The notes under the pieces are model-generated. The model saw nothing but the letters and a program-made list of their open reading frames with translations, was not told the origin of the DNA and did not search any database. From Kiritimatiellia bacterium (GTDB taxonomy: Bacteria > Verrucomicrobiota > Kiritimatiellia > CAIQIC01 > Lenti-01): a DNA stretch of 64,000 nucleotides. Where the stretch lies: assembly GCA_040768005.1 (NCBI GenBank), contig JAXGNL010000006.1:9395-73394 (forward strand), given 5' to 3'. Positions 46,170 to 54,569 of this stretch are shown piece by piece. The position numbers were made by a program, and so were the translations under genes. Every line of letters begins with the position of its first letter. The first letter of the stretch is position 1.

Positions 46170-47032
46170 GGGGCATTCCTTTCTGTTCGGGGGATTCCGG
46201 GAGGGGTGGGTTTGGAAACGGGAGCGGACACCCGCCACGCCTGCCGGCCGGCGGGTCCCTGCAGGACCAGCACTCCCGAGAGGCGTTCCGGGAGCGCATC
46301 GCCGCGGCCGGCGGGTTCCATCTCCAGCGAGAACCCGCGGCCGGCGGGCTGAAAAGACTGCGGGGCCGCATGAAGAATCACGTCCGGCGAATCGGGGAAA
46401 AAGGCGGCGGAGGAGACGGGTTCCGGCGAATGGCCGAGAGGCTGCGCCAGCAGGCGGCAGCGGCGGGCAGAGGCTTCGGCATGGATTCGCCAGTCTGCCG
46501 GGGCCCTGGGCAGATTCTCCCGGGCCTGGCGGATGGCGGCGGCGTGGAGCGGATGCGGCGGCGCGGGGGCCGGGCCGACGGGCAGGGTCAGGTCCAGCCG
46601 GGCGGAACCCGGCAAACAGAAATCGCGGCAGACCAGCCAATCGGCTTCCGCATGGAGAGTCACGGAATCCGCTTCCAGCGCAGAGGGCGGGGTCAGGGTG
46701 ACCAGAAACAGGACCTCGCCTTCATGGCCATAGGTCATGAACGGGGGGGTGGGGATGGCGGTCGGCGGGGGATGCTGAAGGTCGCCGGCGGTAAAGCCGT
46801 CGGGGAGGGTCCAGTCCAGCGAAGGGGCCAGGCCGGAGTCGCCGGGGTTGGTCCAATAGGCGTGCCAGGATTCATCCAGGGTCATGCGGAAGGCGACGGT
46901 GAACGGTTTTCCGGGCGCGACGGCCGCCACTTCGGAGATCAGTTCGGCCTGCACCGGGCCATCGCGGACCGGCGCCGCCCGGGCATTCCCCGCCAGCATC
47001 GCCAGGGCCAGGATGGGCATTGCCGGTTTCAT
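46166..47032 (-). CDS. Stand-alone DsbD N-terminal-domain protein
   Basis: WHAYWTNPGDSG and WLVCRDFCLPG. Confidence 0.85.
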   Translation of the reverse strand: MKPAMPILALAMLAGNARAAPVRDGPVQAELISEVAAVAPGKPFTVAFRMTLDESWHAYWTNPGDSGLAPSLDWTLPDGFTAGDLQHPPPTAIPTPPFMTYGHEGEVLFLVTLTPPSALEADSVTLHAEADWLVCRDFCLPGSARLDLTLPVGPAPAPPHPLHAAAIRQARENLPRAPADWRIHAEASARRCRLLAQPLGHSPEPVSSAAFFPDSPDVILHAAPQSFQPAGRGFSLEMEPAGRGDALPERLSGVLVLQGPAGRQAWRVSAPVSKPTPPGIPRTERNAP

Positions 47033-47110
47033 CGCGGGAACGTACCCCACGGTTCCGGCGCGCGCAACCAGCCGGCTGGAAATCCGATGCCGCAGGCGGG
47101 AGGCCGGAGG

Positions 47111-47404
47111 TCAGGAAGAGGTTCGGAGCAGGCCGGCGGCCCTGGCGGGGGTCAGGCGGGTGAGGCACTGTTCATCTTCGGTGCCGTTGGCCAGGTATTC
47201 ATAGTCGGTTTCGAACAAATAGAAGGTGCCGCAGCGGGGGCAGCGGAGAAGCTTGCGCTGGCGTTCGTCACCGGGACGGAAATCCTTTTCGACGACCAGG
47301 GAGCGGACGGCGTCCGGCAGGTCGACATCGTGTTCGGGCCAGCCGAATTTCCGGCGGCCTTCTTCACGATCGGCCAGGACGGAGCAGACGGGGCAGGCGG
47401 TCAT
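47111..47404 (-). CDS. Small hypothetical protein with two CxxC motifs (zinc ribbon-like)
   Basis: CPVC and CPRC; ATGA overlap with the upstream ORF. Confidence 0.6.
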   Translation of the reverse strand: MTACPVCSVLADREEGRRKFGWPEHDVDLPDAVRSLVVEKDFRPGDERQRKLLRCPRCGTFYLFETDYEYLANGTEDEQCLTRLTPARAAGLLRTSS

Positions 47405-47616
47405 GGATTCACCGGAACCACCTGGTAATCGTCATAATCGGGCCAGCGGGGGGTGGCGGCGGGGTCCTGTTTTTTTTCATTGCAGCAGGCCTGTGCCTCG
47501 GCCTCGGTGTTGAAAACGGCCACGGTTTCCTCGAAGGCAATATCGCCTTTCGACAGGTGGAAACGGATGACCCGGAACCGGCCGGATGCGGAAGGCGGTT
47601 TGTTCGGATGGTTCAT
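47401..47616 (-). CDS. Small hypothetical protein
   Basis: 71-aa ORF coupled to the downstream gene, same strand as its neighbours. Confidence 0.5.
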   Translation of the reverse strand: MNHPNKPPSASGRFRVIRFHLSKGDIAFEETVAVFNTEAEAQACCNEKKQDPAATPRWPDYDDYQVVPVNP

Positions 47617-47665
47617 GCTGTCCGTCCAGGGGCGTCGGCTTTTGTCCGGGAGTCCGGAAGGCGGG

Positions 47666-48622
47666 CTAGCGGGCCTTGGCCTCCCACTCCTGCCGGAGCC
47701 AGGCGATGGCGCGATCGCTGACTTCGGGGTCGTTGGGCATGGGATGGCCGCCGGGGAACGTGAAGATCTCGACGCGGCACTTGCGAAGCAGCAGGGCCTG
47801 CTTGTCGCTCACGGCCCAGCCGTTGGCGGCATCGTCCTTGTCGCCGTTGATCATGGCCACCGCCATGAACCGGCAGTAGCGTTTTTTCTGATATTCCGGG
47901 CCCCCGAGCCAGCCGCCGTAGGCCAGGATGCCGGCAAAGGGATCTTCGCGGCGGGCGGTGATGCCGTAGGCCCGCATGGCCCCGCCCGAGTGTCCGGCCA
48001 GATAGACCCGGCGCGGATCGTGGGGAATGCTGCGGTAGATGTCCTCCAGCACTTCGTCCTCCATGGCATCCGTCAGCTTGTCGTCGCCCATGTTGTTGCG
48101 GAGCTTGTCGCAGCCGATGGCGATCCAGCCCGCCTTATCGGTGCTGGCGGAGATCGAGCGCAGGATGGAATGGCCGTTGCCGGTGGAACTGAAGGCGATG
48201 ACCAGCGGCGTCGGGCGGGCGGGGTCGTATCCCGGCGGCACGCGCACGTGGTAGGTGATGGCGTTGGGGCCGGCGGCGGTCTGGACGAAGGTGGCGCCGG
48301 GGGTCATTTTAGCCGCCACCTCCGGGGTGCCGTGACGCGGGGCCAGCGCCGCGGCACGGCTCTCTTCCACCGCCGCGGCCGTGCTGCGGGTCCGCGAGGC
48401 CGGAATCTTCCGGGCCTGGATGAATTCGCGGTCTTCGGGGCAGAGCTTGGCGAGGGGAATGCCGATATTTTCGCCCTGGGGCGTCTTCAGGGTGACCCGC
48501 CCAAAGGCCTCGGAGACGAATTCCGCTTCGATCTGCTTGCCGGACACACTGGTCCAGGTCCGGGCATCGGCCGCCAGAGCCACCCCCAGCACCAACAGCA
48601 TCCATCGCAGCTTGAGGTTCAT
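47666..48622 (-). CDS. Secreted SHD1-domain alpha/beta hydrolase (esterase)
   Basis: RTWTS..G..IEAEF SHD1 domain; GHSGG nucleophile, GDKD and GGH. Confidence 0.8.
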   Translation of the reverse strand: MNLKLRWMLLVLGVALAADARTWTSVSGKQIEAEFVSEAFGRVTLKTPQGENIGIPLAKLCPEDREFIQARKIPASRTRSTAAAVEESRAAALAPRHGTPEVAAKMTPGATFVQTAAGPNAITYHVRVPPGYDPARPTPLVIAFSSTGNGHSILRSISASTDKAGWIAIGCDKLRNNMGDDKLTDAMEDEVLEDIYRSIPHDPRRVYLAGHSGGAMRAYGITARREDPFAGILAYGGWLGGPEYQKKRYCRFMAVAMINGDKDDAANGWAVSDKQALLLRKCRVEIFTFPGGHPMPNDPEVSDRAIAWLRQEWEAKAR

Positions 48623-48708
48623 GGCCGTTCTCCTCGGTTCGCAACCGTGGTCAGGGTAGGTCCGGAAGCCGCGACAAGTCAAGAAAGAGGCTCCTTCCGC
48701 ACCGCGCG

Positions 48709-48930
48709 TCAGCGCGGCATCAGCGCAAAGACGCCCCAGCCCAGGTAGTCGCGCGTATAGGTGGCATAGCGCACGGGTTCGGTGTCCAGCTGTTCCCGGA
48801 CCCGGCTCGCGAACTCGTCGCCGGGATTCTCCTCCAGCCATCGGCGCATGGTCAGCCATTTGGCCGCCTCGTAGCGGTCCCAGCCGTCCGGATCGGCCAA
48901 CACCATTTCCACGACATCGCAGCCCAGGCG
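48709..48930 (-). pseudogene. 3' remnant of a YjhP-like SAM-dependent methyltransferase
   Basis: VEMVLAD.DGWDRYEAAKWLTMRRWL...YTRDYLGWGVFAL matches the YjhP C-terminus; the SAM-binding N-terminus is absent. Confidence 0.75.
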
Positions 48931-49029
48931 ATGGGGAGGGGGCTGGAGACCGTAGACGGGGAGCCGGAAAGTCTCGGGTCTACAGCCTCTGGGCTATTGT
49001 CTGACGCGCGCCCGGGGGGCGGGCACGCC

Positions 49030-50778
49030 TTAAAGGGGTTTGCGGTGGAGAATGATGCGGCGGGTTTTGTCAGGGGCGAGGACTTTGAATTCCACGGTCT
49101 TGGAGCCTTCGGTGACTGTCAGCCATTCATCGATGTCGAAGGTGATCCTCTCGGTGACGGAAGGATGGCCGGAGAAAGCGGTTTTGGGGCTGGTGGCTTT
49201 CAGGCTGACGGCGAGAATCTGGCCGACGGCATGGGAATAGCCGGTCAGTTGAAGGGGGGAGATGCCGGGCAGCTTGAGTTCGCTGCCGCCGTCCAGGGTG
49301 ATCACGGCCATGCCGGAGGGCAAGGGCTGGAGGTCGATGGGGCAGGGGTCGCCGCCGACGACATGGGGCAGGATAACGGGCAGATAGCGTTTGTCGTTCG
49401 CGAGAAGGGTGTATTCCAGGGCGGGATTGACGGTGAAGTCGGCGACTCCGGTGCGGTCGGTTTTGGCGGACATCGGCTGACCGCTGTCGGGGAACAGTTC
49501 GAGGAGGACGCCTTTGACGGGATATCCGCCGCTGCGGGTTTCGACCCGCAGGCACGAATCGTTCCGGGCGGCCGCTTCCCGGGCGGGGTCGGGGGGAAGA
49601 TCGCGGTAGAGGAACAGTCGGATGTCCGGGACGGGGGAGAGGACCTTCAGTTCGATGCGGCTGGAGCGTTCGTTGACGGTCACGAGGGTGTCGAAGTTCA
49701 GGCGGATCCGGTCTTGATCGACGGGAAGGCCATCGAACACGGTCCGGGGCGAGCTGGGCTGGATCACGATGCCGGAGCCGCTGCCGCTGTTGTAGCTGCC
49801 GCTGATCCGGAAGGGGGACAGACCGGGCAGGCGGACATCGCCGGCGATGCCGGTTTCCACGACGCGAAAGCCGTCCTGAACAGCCTGGAGTTCAAGGGCA
49901 TAGGCGGTGCCGCCGCTGCACTGTTCCAGGATGACGGGTTCGTAGCGGGGATCCAGCACCAGGATGCAGTAGTCGAGTTCGGGCAGGATGGCGAAATCGG
50001 CGCGCCCCTTGCGATCCGTTTTGCCGCGGAAGGATTTGTTGAAGGAATGGGAGCGCAGGGAGATTTCCACGTTGGCGGCGGGGCCCTGATTGTCGGAGGC
50101 CATGACGACGAGTCGGTCTTCGGGGACAGATTCCATCACGAGGGGCCTGGAGGGGGCGGGGTGCGCCGGAGGGACCGATGCGGGAGCCGGGCGGTCGGCC
50201 GGGCGGGAGGCCGACGCCGGGGGCGCCGGGGCGTCGCTGTCCTGGGCAAGGCGGAAGGCCGTGATTTCGCGGTCCACGTCCAGGGCCTGGTCAATCTGGT
50301 TCTGACGCGTCAGGTGGGCTTTCAGTTTCTCCAGATGCTCGAGGTAGGACCGGGCCAGATCGGATTCCGCCTGCCGGAGCTTGTCCCGGTCGTCCGAAAA
50401 AGCCTTCAGCGCGGAGCGCTGGGTCCGGGCGATGCGGGGGAAGCGGGTGTCGATGTCCTGTTCCTCGATGATTCCGGAGGATTGGAAGCGTTCGATTTCC
50501 TTCTGTACGGCGAGGTATTCGGCCAGCTTGCCTTCGGATTGGGCGGTCGATGCTCCCTTGGAAAGAAGGGTGCAGTACTTCTGGGAGAGGGCGGAGGTGG
50601 TTTGCTCGGCATGCGTCTGCCGGAGCGTCTCAAGCTTGACCTGGTAGGCGGCCTTGGCGGCGGCGAGCCGGGAGGACTCGTTGGCGCGGGCGGGGGCATG
50701 GAGCAGGGCGGCCAGGGTCAACACCCAGCCAAACCGGAACCATGGAACGGGGCGAAAACGGGTTGAAGCGGGGCTCAT
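49030..50778 (-). CDS. Secreted hypothetical protein with a coiled-coil N-region and two tandem beta domains
   Basis: Signal peptide; duplicated KTDR.G.ADF...PEL/ALEY...D.RY.PVIL...LPG.SP unit. Confidence 0.65.
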   Translation of the reverse strand: MSPASTRFRPVPWFRFGWVLTLAALLHAPARANESSRLAAAKAAYQVKLETLRQTHAEQTTSALSQKYCTLLSKGASTAQSEGKLAEYLAVQKEIERFQSSGIIEEQDIDTRFPRIARTQRSALKAFSDDRDKLRQAESDLARSYLEHLEKLKAHLTRQNQIDQALDVDREITAFRLAQDSDAPAPPASASRPADRPAPASVPPAHPAPSRPLVMESVPEDRLVVMASDNQGPAANVEISLRSHSFNKSFRGKTDRKGRADFAILPELDYCILVLDPRYEPVILEQCSGGTAYALELQAVQDGFRVVETGIAGDVRLPGLSPFRISGSYNSGSGSGIVIQPSSPRTVFDGLPVDQDRIRLNFDTLVTVNERSSRIELKVLSPVPDIRLFLYRDLPPDPAREAAARNDSCLRVETRSGGYPVKGVLLELFPDSGQPMSAKTDRTGVADFTVNPALEYTLLANDKRYLPVILPHVVGGDPCPIDLQPLPSGMAVITLDGGSELKLPGISPLQLTGYSHAVGQILAVSLKATSPKTAFSGHPSVTERITFDIDEWLTVTEGSKTVEFKVLAPDKTRRIILHRKPL

Positions 50779-50919
50779 GCAACAGTCCTTGGGTCCTGGA
50801 ATCCTTCGACGGAACCCAGTCACAATAGCAGAAAGACACCGCCCAAAACAGCCGCAAGCGGTTAGAAATGCATTAAATTTTCCGGCCGCCAGGCGGGGGG
50901 AGGGGCGCCCGGAGGGCGC

Positions 50920-50986
50920 GGTTGATCATTGGGGGTTAGTGGCCGGGCCACCAACCCTCAACCATCAACCACCAACCATCAACCAC
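50920..50986. repeat. Heptamer repeat block (TCAACCA) with a partial inverted upstream arm
   Basis: CCAACCCTCAACCATCAACCACCAACCATCAACCA preceded by GGTTGATCATTGGGGGTTAGTGG. Confidence 0.7.
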
Positions 50987-51403
50987 CTATTCTTCTTCGG
51001 CGGTCTCCATGCTGTCTTCTTCGGCCGGGAGGAGATCCACGGCGATCAGGATGCCCTCGGTTTCGGTCGGGTCGCCGGAAAACTTCGTGGCCGTGAAAGT
51101 GATGTCATAGACCGCCGCGTCATTCAGGCCGTCGATCAGGGCCTGCTGTTCGGGAGTGAAGTCCAGCTTGAGGTCGTAGTTGCCTTCCTGGCAGACCATG
51201 GCCACGGTATCCTCGTCCTCCACGTACCAGTACTGGCCCTTCACGATGTAGTCGCGGTTCACCTCCGTCTGGTTGAGCGTGGACTCAATCCGCACGGGAC
51301 CGGTTTCCACGACAGCCTCTTCCGTGGCCGCTTCCTTTTTGGAACAGGACACCACGGCGCATGCCGCCAGGAACAACGTCATGGGAATCATCAGTCGTTT
51401 CAT
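50987..51403 (-). CDS. Lipoprotein, hypothetical
   Basis: Lipobox-like VVSC after a hydrophobic leader; GGAGG RBS. Confidence 0.75.
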   Translation of the reverse strand: MKRLMIPMTLFLAACAVVSCSKKEAATEEAVVETGPVRIESTLNQTEVNRDYIVKGQYWYVEDEDTVAMVCQEGNYDLKLDFTPEQQALIDGLNDAAVYDITFTATKFSGDPTETEGILIAVDLLPAEEDSMETAEEE

Positions 51404-51543
51404 GGATATTTTCCTCCAGGTTGAACTGCATGTTGCTTCATGTCGGCCTTGCCGACCCCACCAGCCTAAAACGAAGAGAGACCCGAGGCAAGACAAAGGG
51501 ACGGCGGCCCGGCTGAGCGGCCCGGCTGAGATTCAACACCAGC

Positions 51544-52053
51544 TCTCGCAAAGATCGCAAAGGCCGCAGAGAGGCGAGAGGATGAAGGGCGTTCATAAAG
51601 GGCATAAGCATTTCTGGAAAAGGCCGCGATCATGTGAACAAGGAAAACTGACCTGCCAGGGAGGGGGCGGGACCGGGCTGAAGACTTTTGACAGGATTTA
51701 CAGGATGGACAGGATTCCGGAGGGGGGAAGGATTCTCTCACAGAGACACGGAGGCACGGAGGGGAGAGGTGAACTACGAAATACGCGCTTGTCCGCCCGT
51801 GGCGGAAAATACACGAAAGGGGCCGGGAACGGGGCGAAGACCTTTTTGACAGGATTCCGGACGAAAGATTTCACCACAGAGAGCACAGAGAGGGGACGGA
51901 GGGGGGAGAGGTTAACTATGAATGATACGAATGGGGGGCGGTAGGCAGACGCCGCACCGCGGCGTCCGGGGTCGGTTGCAAATGTCCGCCGGGGGCGCTG
52001 GATCGGAGAAGATCTGACAGGATTTCCAGGATGGACAGGATTCCGGAGGGGGG
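51544..52053. repeat. Cluster of 9-nt-period triplet repeat elements
   Basis: CGCAAAG x3, ACAGGAT x3 (twice), CACGGAG x3, ACGAAA x3, CACAGAG x2 and ACGAAT. Confidence 0.85.
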
Positions 52054-52248
52054 AGAACATGAACGCAACCGGATCCTTTTGCCAGAACGAAACTGAACGG
52101 ACCCATCCCGGACGGGAGAACCGAACCATGAACATGCTCCAATTCCTTTTCGGACGCCGCGTCGGCGCCCGCTGCGCACCGCCGGCGGAGAATGCCCCCG
52201 GACCTAAACGCAGAAATGCTACAATTCACGGGCTGACCCGAATGGCGC

Positions 52249-52584
52249 TTAGTTAAGGCCTAATACTCCTGGGGTCAATGGCTTGCGTCGTGCAGGCCCG
52301 GGCGTGTTTTCAAAGATCAAGGTGCGGCTGATCTGCTCCATGCGCTTGAGGGCCGCTTGGATCTCGCGCCACGCTTCGATGGCCTTGTGCATCTGTTCGT
52401 ATTGCTCTTTGGACAGGGCGACGGAAATGGTTTTTCCACGTTCCTTGCGCGTCCACTGGTAACAAGGTCCGCCGGCTCCGGGTCCGCGATCTTGCACGTA
52501 GCCATGGCTGATCCAACTGGTTTTGCTCAATTGCGTGCGAAGACGCCGGTATTCCGCCTTCAACTCTTTTTCGCTTGGTTTCAT
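52249..52584 (-). CDS. DUF6788-like protein
   Basis: GPCYQWTRK.RGKT.SV.L...Q......I...R pattern of IS-associated DUF6788 proteins. Confidence 0.7.
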   Translation of the reverse strand: MKPSEKELKAEYRRLRTQLSKTSWISHGYVQDRGPGAGGPCYQWTRKERGKTISVALSKEQYEQMHKAIEAWREIQAALKRMEQISRTLIFENTPGPARRKPLTPGVLGLN

Positions 52585-52608
52585 GAAAACAGACTAGCAT
52601 ATCCGTCA

Positions 52609-52634
52609 ATAGGGCGGTATATATACCGCCCTAT
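52609..52634. promoter_or_regulatory. Perfect 26-bp palindrome overlapping the transposase start codon
   Basis: ATAGGGCGGTATATATACCGCCCTAT equals its own reverse complement. Confidence 0.75.
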
Positions 52635-54063
52635 GAAAAGCAATGCCACCCCCTGTTTCCCGCAGTTTGCCGCAAAAGTAGCCGCCATGGGCAAGCGAGC
52701 CGGTGCCACCCTTTCATCGCCCATCGACGCCGAAGCGCAGTTCAACCGGTTCCTGACGAATCGTGGCCCCGATTTCCCGACGGACGGCCCTCGTCGGCGA
52801 GACCGTAAGTATCCGCAGGCCTTGGTATTCTGGAGCTTCATTTGGCAAATCCTTACGCCTCGCACCTCCTGCCGTGAAGTCGTCCGCCATATCCAGGCGA
52901 CCCGCGAAACCCAGGACTTCAAGTACGACGAAAGCACCAGCGCCTACTGCCAGGCCAGAATCCGGTTGCCCGAAAGCACCCTTCGCAAGGCCATGACCGA
53001 TACCGCCGAAACCGCCGCCCAATTCAGCCATTCAGGCGTACCCGGATGGACTCGTCCCATAAAGGTCGTCGACGCCACCTCCGTTACGCTTCCCGACACG
53101 GAGGCCAATCGAAAAGCATACCCCTATGCTCCCGGACAAAAGCCCGGCTGCGGGTTTCCGAACATGAAGGTGCTCGCGTTGAGTTCGTTGGCCAGCGGGG
53201 CCGTTTTCGCCGCCCGCGAAACCGGCAAGCGCATCCACGACATTCGAATGTTCAAGGCCTTCTTCGCCCTGTTCAAGCCCGGCGACATTGCTTTGGGAGA
53301 CCGCGCGTTTTGTTCCTTCGCCTCCATGGCGGCCTTGCTCCTTGGGAACGTCGACTCGGTCTTCCGTCTCCACCAGAAGCGCCTGCTGGACAAACGGCGG
53401 GCGCGCCGAATCGGCCCTTCGGACTGGATCGCGGCGTGGAAGCGCCCCATGCAACGCCCCGGCTACATCGAGCAAAAGGAATGGGACGCATTGCCCGAAA
53501 GCATGCCGGTGCGCATCTTCCGCGTTCAACTCAAACGCAACGGATTTCGCACCACAACCCTTTGGATCGCCACGTCCCTGCTTGACCCCGTCGCCTATCC
53601 CGTCGAACACATCGCCGTACTCTACCGTATGCGCTGGGACATCGAACTTGGCTTCCGTGACTTGAAGACGACCATGGCCATGGAAGAGCTGCGCTGCCGA
53701 ACCCCGGCCATGGCCCGCAAGGAACTCCTGGCCTATCTGGTTGCCCACAACTTCATCCGCTGCCTCGAAGCCGAAGCCGCCACCCGCCACGGCGTGCCGC
53801 GCCATTGCATCAGCTTCAAGGGGACCGTCGACGCCGCCCGCGCCTTCCATGCCGCTATCTCCCGCGCCCGATCCAGGGGCAAAGCCAAGAAACTGCGCGA
53901 CCGGCTCATCGAAATCATCGCACTCGACCTCGTCCCCGAAAGACCCGGCCGAAGAGAGCCGCGCGCTATCAAGCGAAGACCAAAACCATACCCCTTGCTG
54001 ACAAAACCCAGACGCCTATTCCGTGAAATCCCCCATCGCGGAAAGAAAAGAACCGCCGCATGA
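52633..54063 (+). CDS. IS4-family DDE transposase
   Basis: SAYCQAR.RL, VVDAT, GDRAF, YRMRWDIELGFRDLK (YREK motif) and RPGRREPRAIKRRPK. Confidence 0.95.
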   Translation: MKSNATPCFPQFAAKVAAMGKRAGATLSSPIDAEAQFNRFLTNRGPDFPTDGPRRRDRKYPQALVFWSFIWQILTPRTSCREVVRHIQATRETQDFKYDESTSAYCQARIRLPESTLRKAMTDTAETAAQFSHSGVPGWTRPIKVVDATSVTLPDTEANRKAYPYAPGQKPGCGFPNMKVLALSSLASGAVFAARETGKRIHDIRMFKAFFALFKPGDIALGDRAFCSFASMAALLLGNVDSVFRLHQKRLLDKRRARRIGPSDWIAAWKRPMQRPGYIEQKEWDALPESMPVRIFRVQLKRNGFRTTTLWIATSLLDPVAYPVEHIAVLYRMRWDIELGFRDLKTTMAMEELRCRTPAMARKELLAYLVAHNFIRCLEAEAATRHGVPRHCISFKGTVDAARAFHAAISRARSRGKAKKLRDRLIEIIALDLVPERPGRREPRAIKRRPKPYPLLTKPRRLFREIPHRGKKRTAA

Positions 54064-54099
54064 CTGCTCTTATCTTAGCGCCATTCAGGACTGATCCCT

Positions 54100-54327
54100 T
54101 TACCGCGACGATTCAAGCTCTTGGATACGGGCCTGCAATTTCCGGATCGTGGAGGTTGCTCCGCGGTAAATCGCGCTGGCGCATCCGCAGGCCACGGCTG
54201 TGAGCAGGAACACATCGCCACGGTCCGGCGCTCGGTCTCCCAATCCGTAGCCCAGCACGACCAGGCCGGCCATGGCGATCAGAAGGCCCAAACCAAGCTT
54301 CATCGTGAGCGGAGTGTCGTTTTTCAT
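54100..54327 (-). CDS. Small membrane protein, hypothetical
   Basis: Two hydrophobic segments and a coiled-coil tail. Confidence 0.55.
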   Translation of the reverse strand: MKNDTPLTMKLGLGLLIAMAGLVVLGYGLGDRAPDRGDVFLLTAVACGCASAIYRGATSTIRKLQARIQELESSR

Positions 54328-54569
54328 GTGTTTTCCCTTGTTGCACGCCAACTGGCGGATGATCCCGTCGCTGTCTTTGCACCGAGACTACGTCCCGAAA
54401 TAGAGGCAAGTCAAGAGATGGGGGACGCAAGACAAACCGGCATGCGGGCACGACATGCCCCCGGGGGATCAGGACAGGCCGATGTCCAGGCCGCGGGCGG
54501 CGTCGGGGCGGGTGGGGGGGCGAAGGTTCTGCGGGAGAGGGGCCGGGACCGGGGTGTTTTTATTAAATT

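Larger units (their letters stand above)
52240..54086. mobile_element. IS4-family insertion sequence carrying a second, divergent ORF
   Basis: 18-bp terminal inverted repeats GAATGGCGCTTAGTTAAG / GAATGGCGCTAAGATAAG (2 mismatches) enclosing a DDE transposase. Confidence 0.9.
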
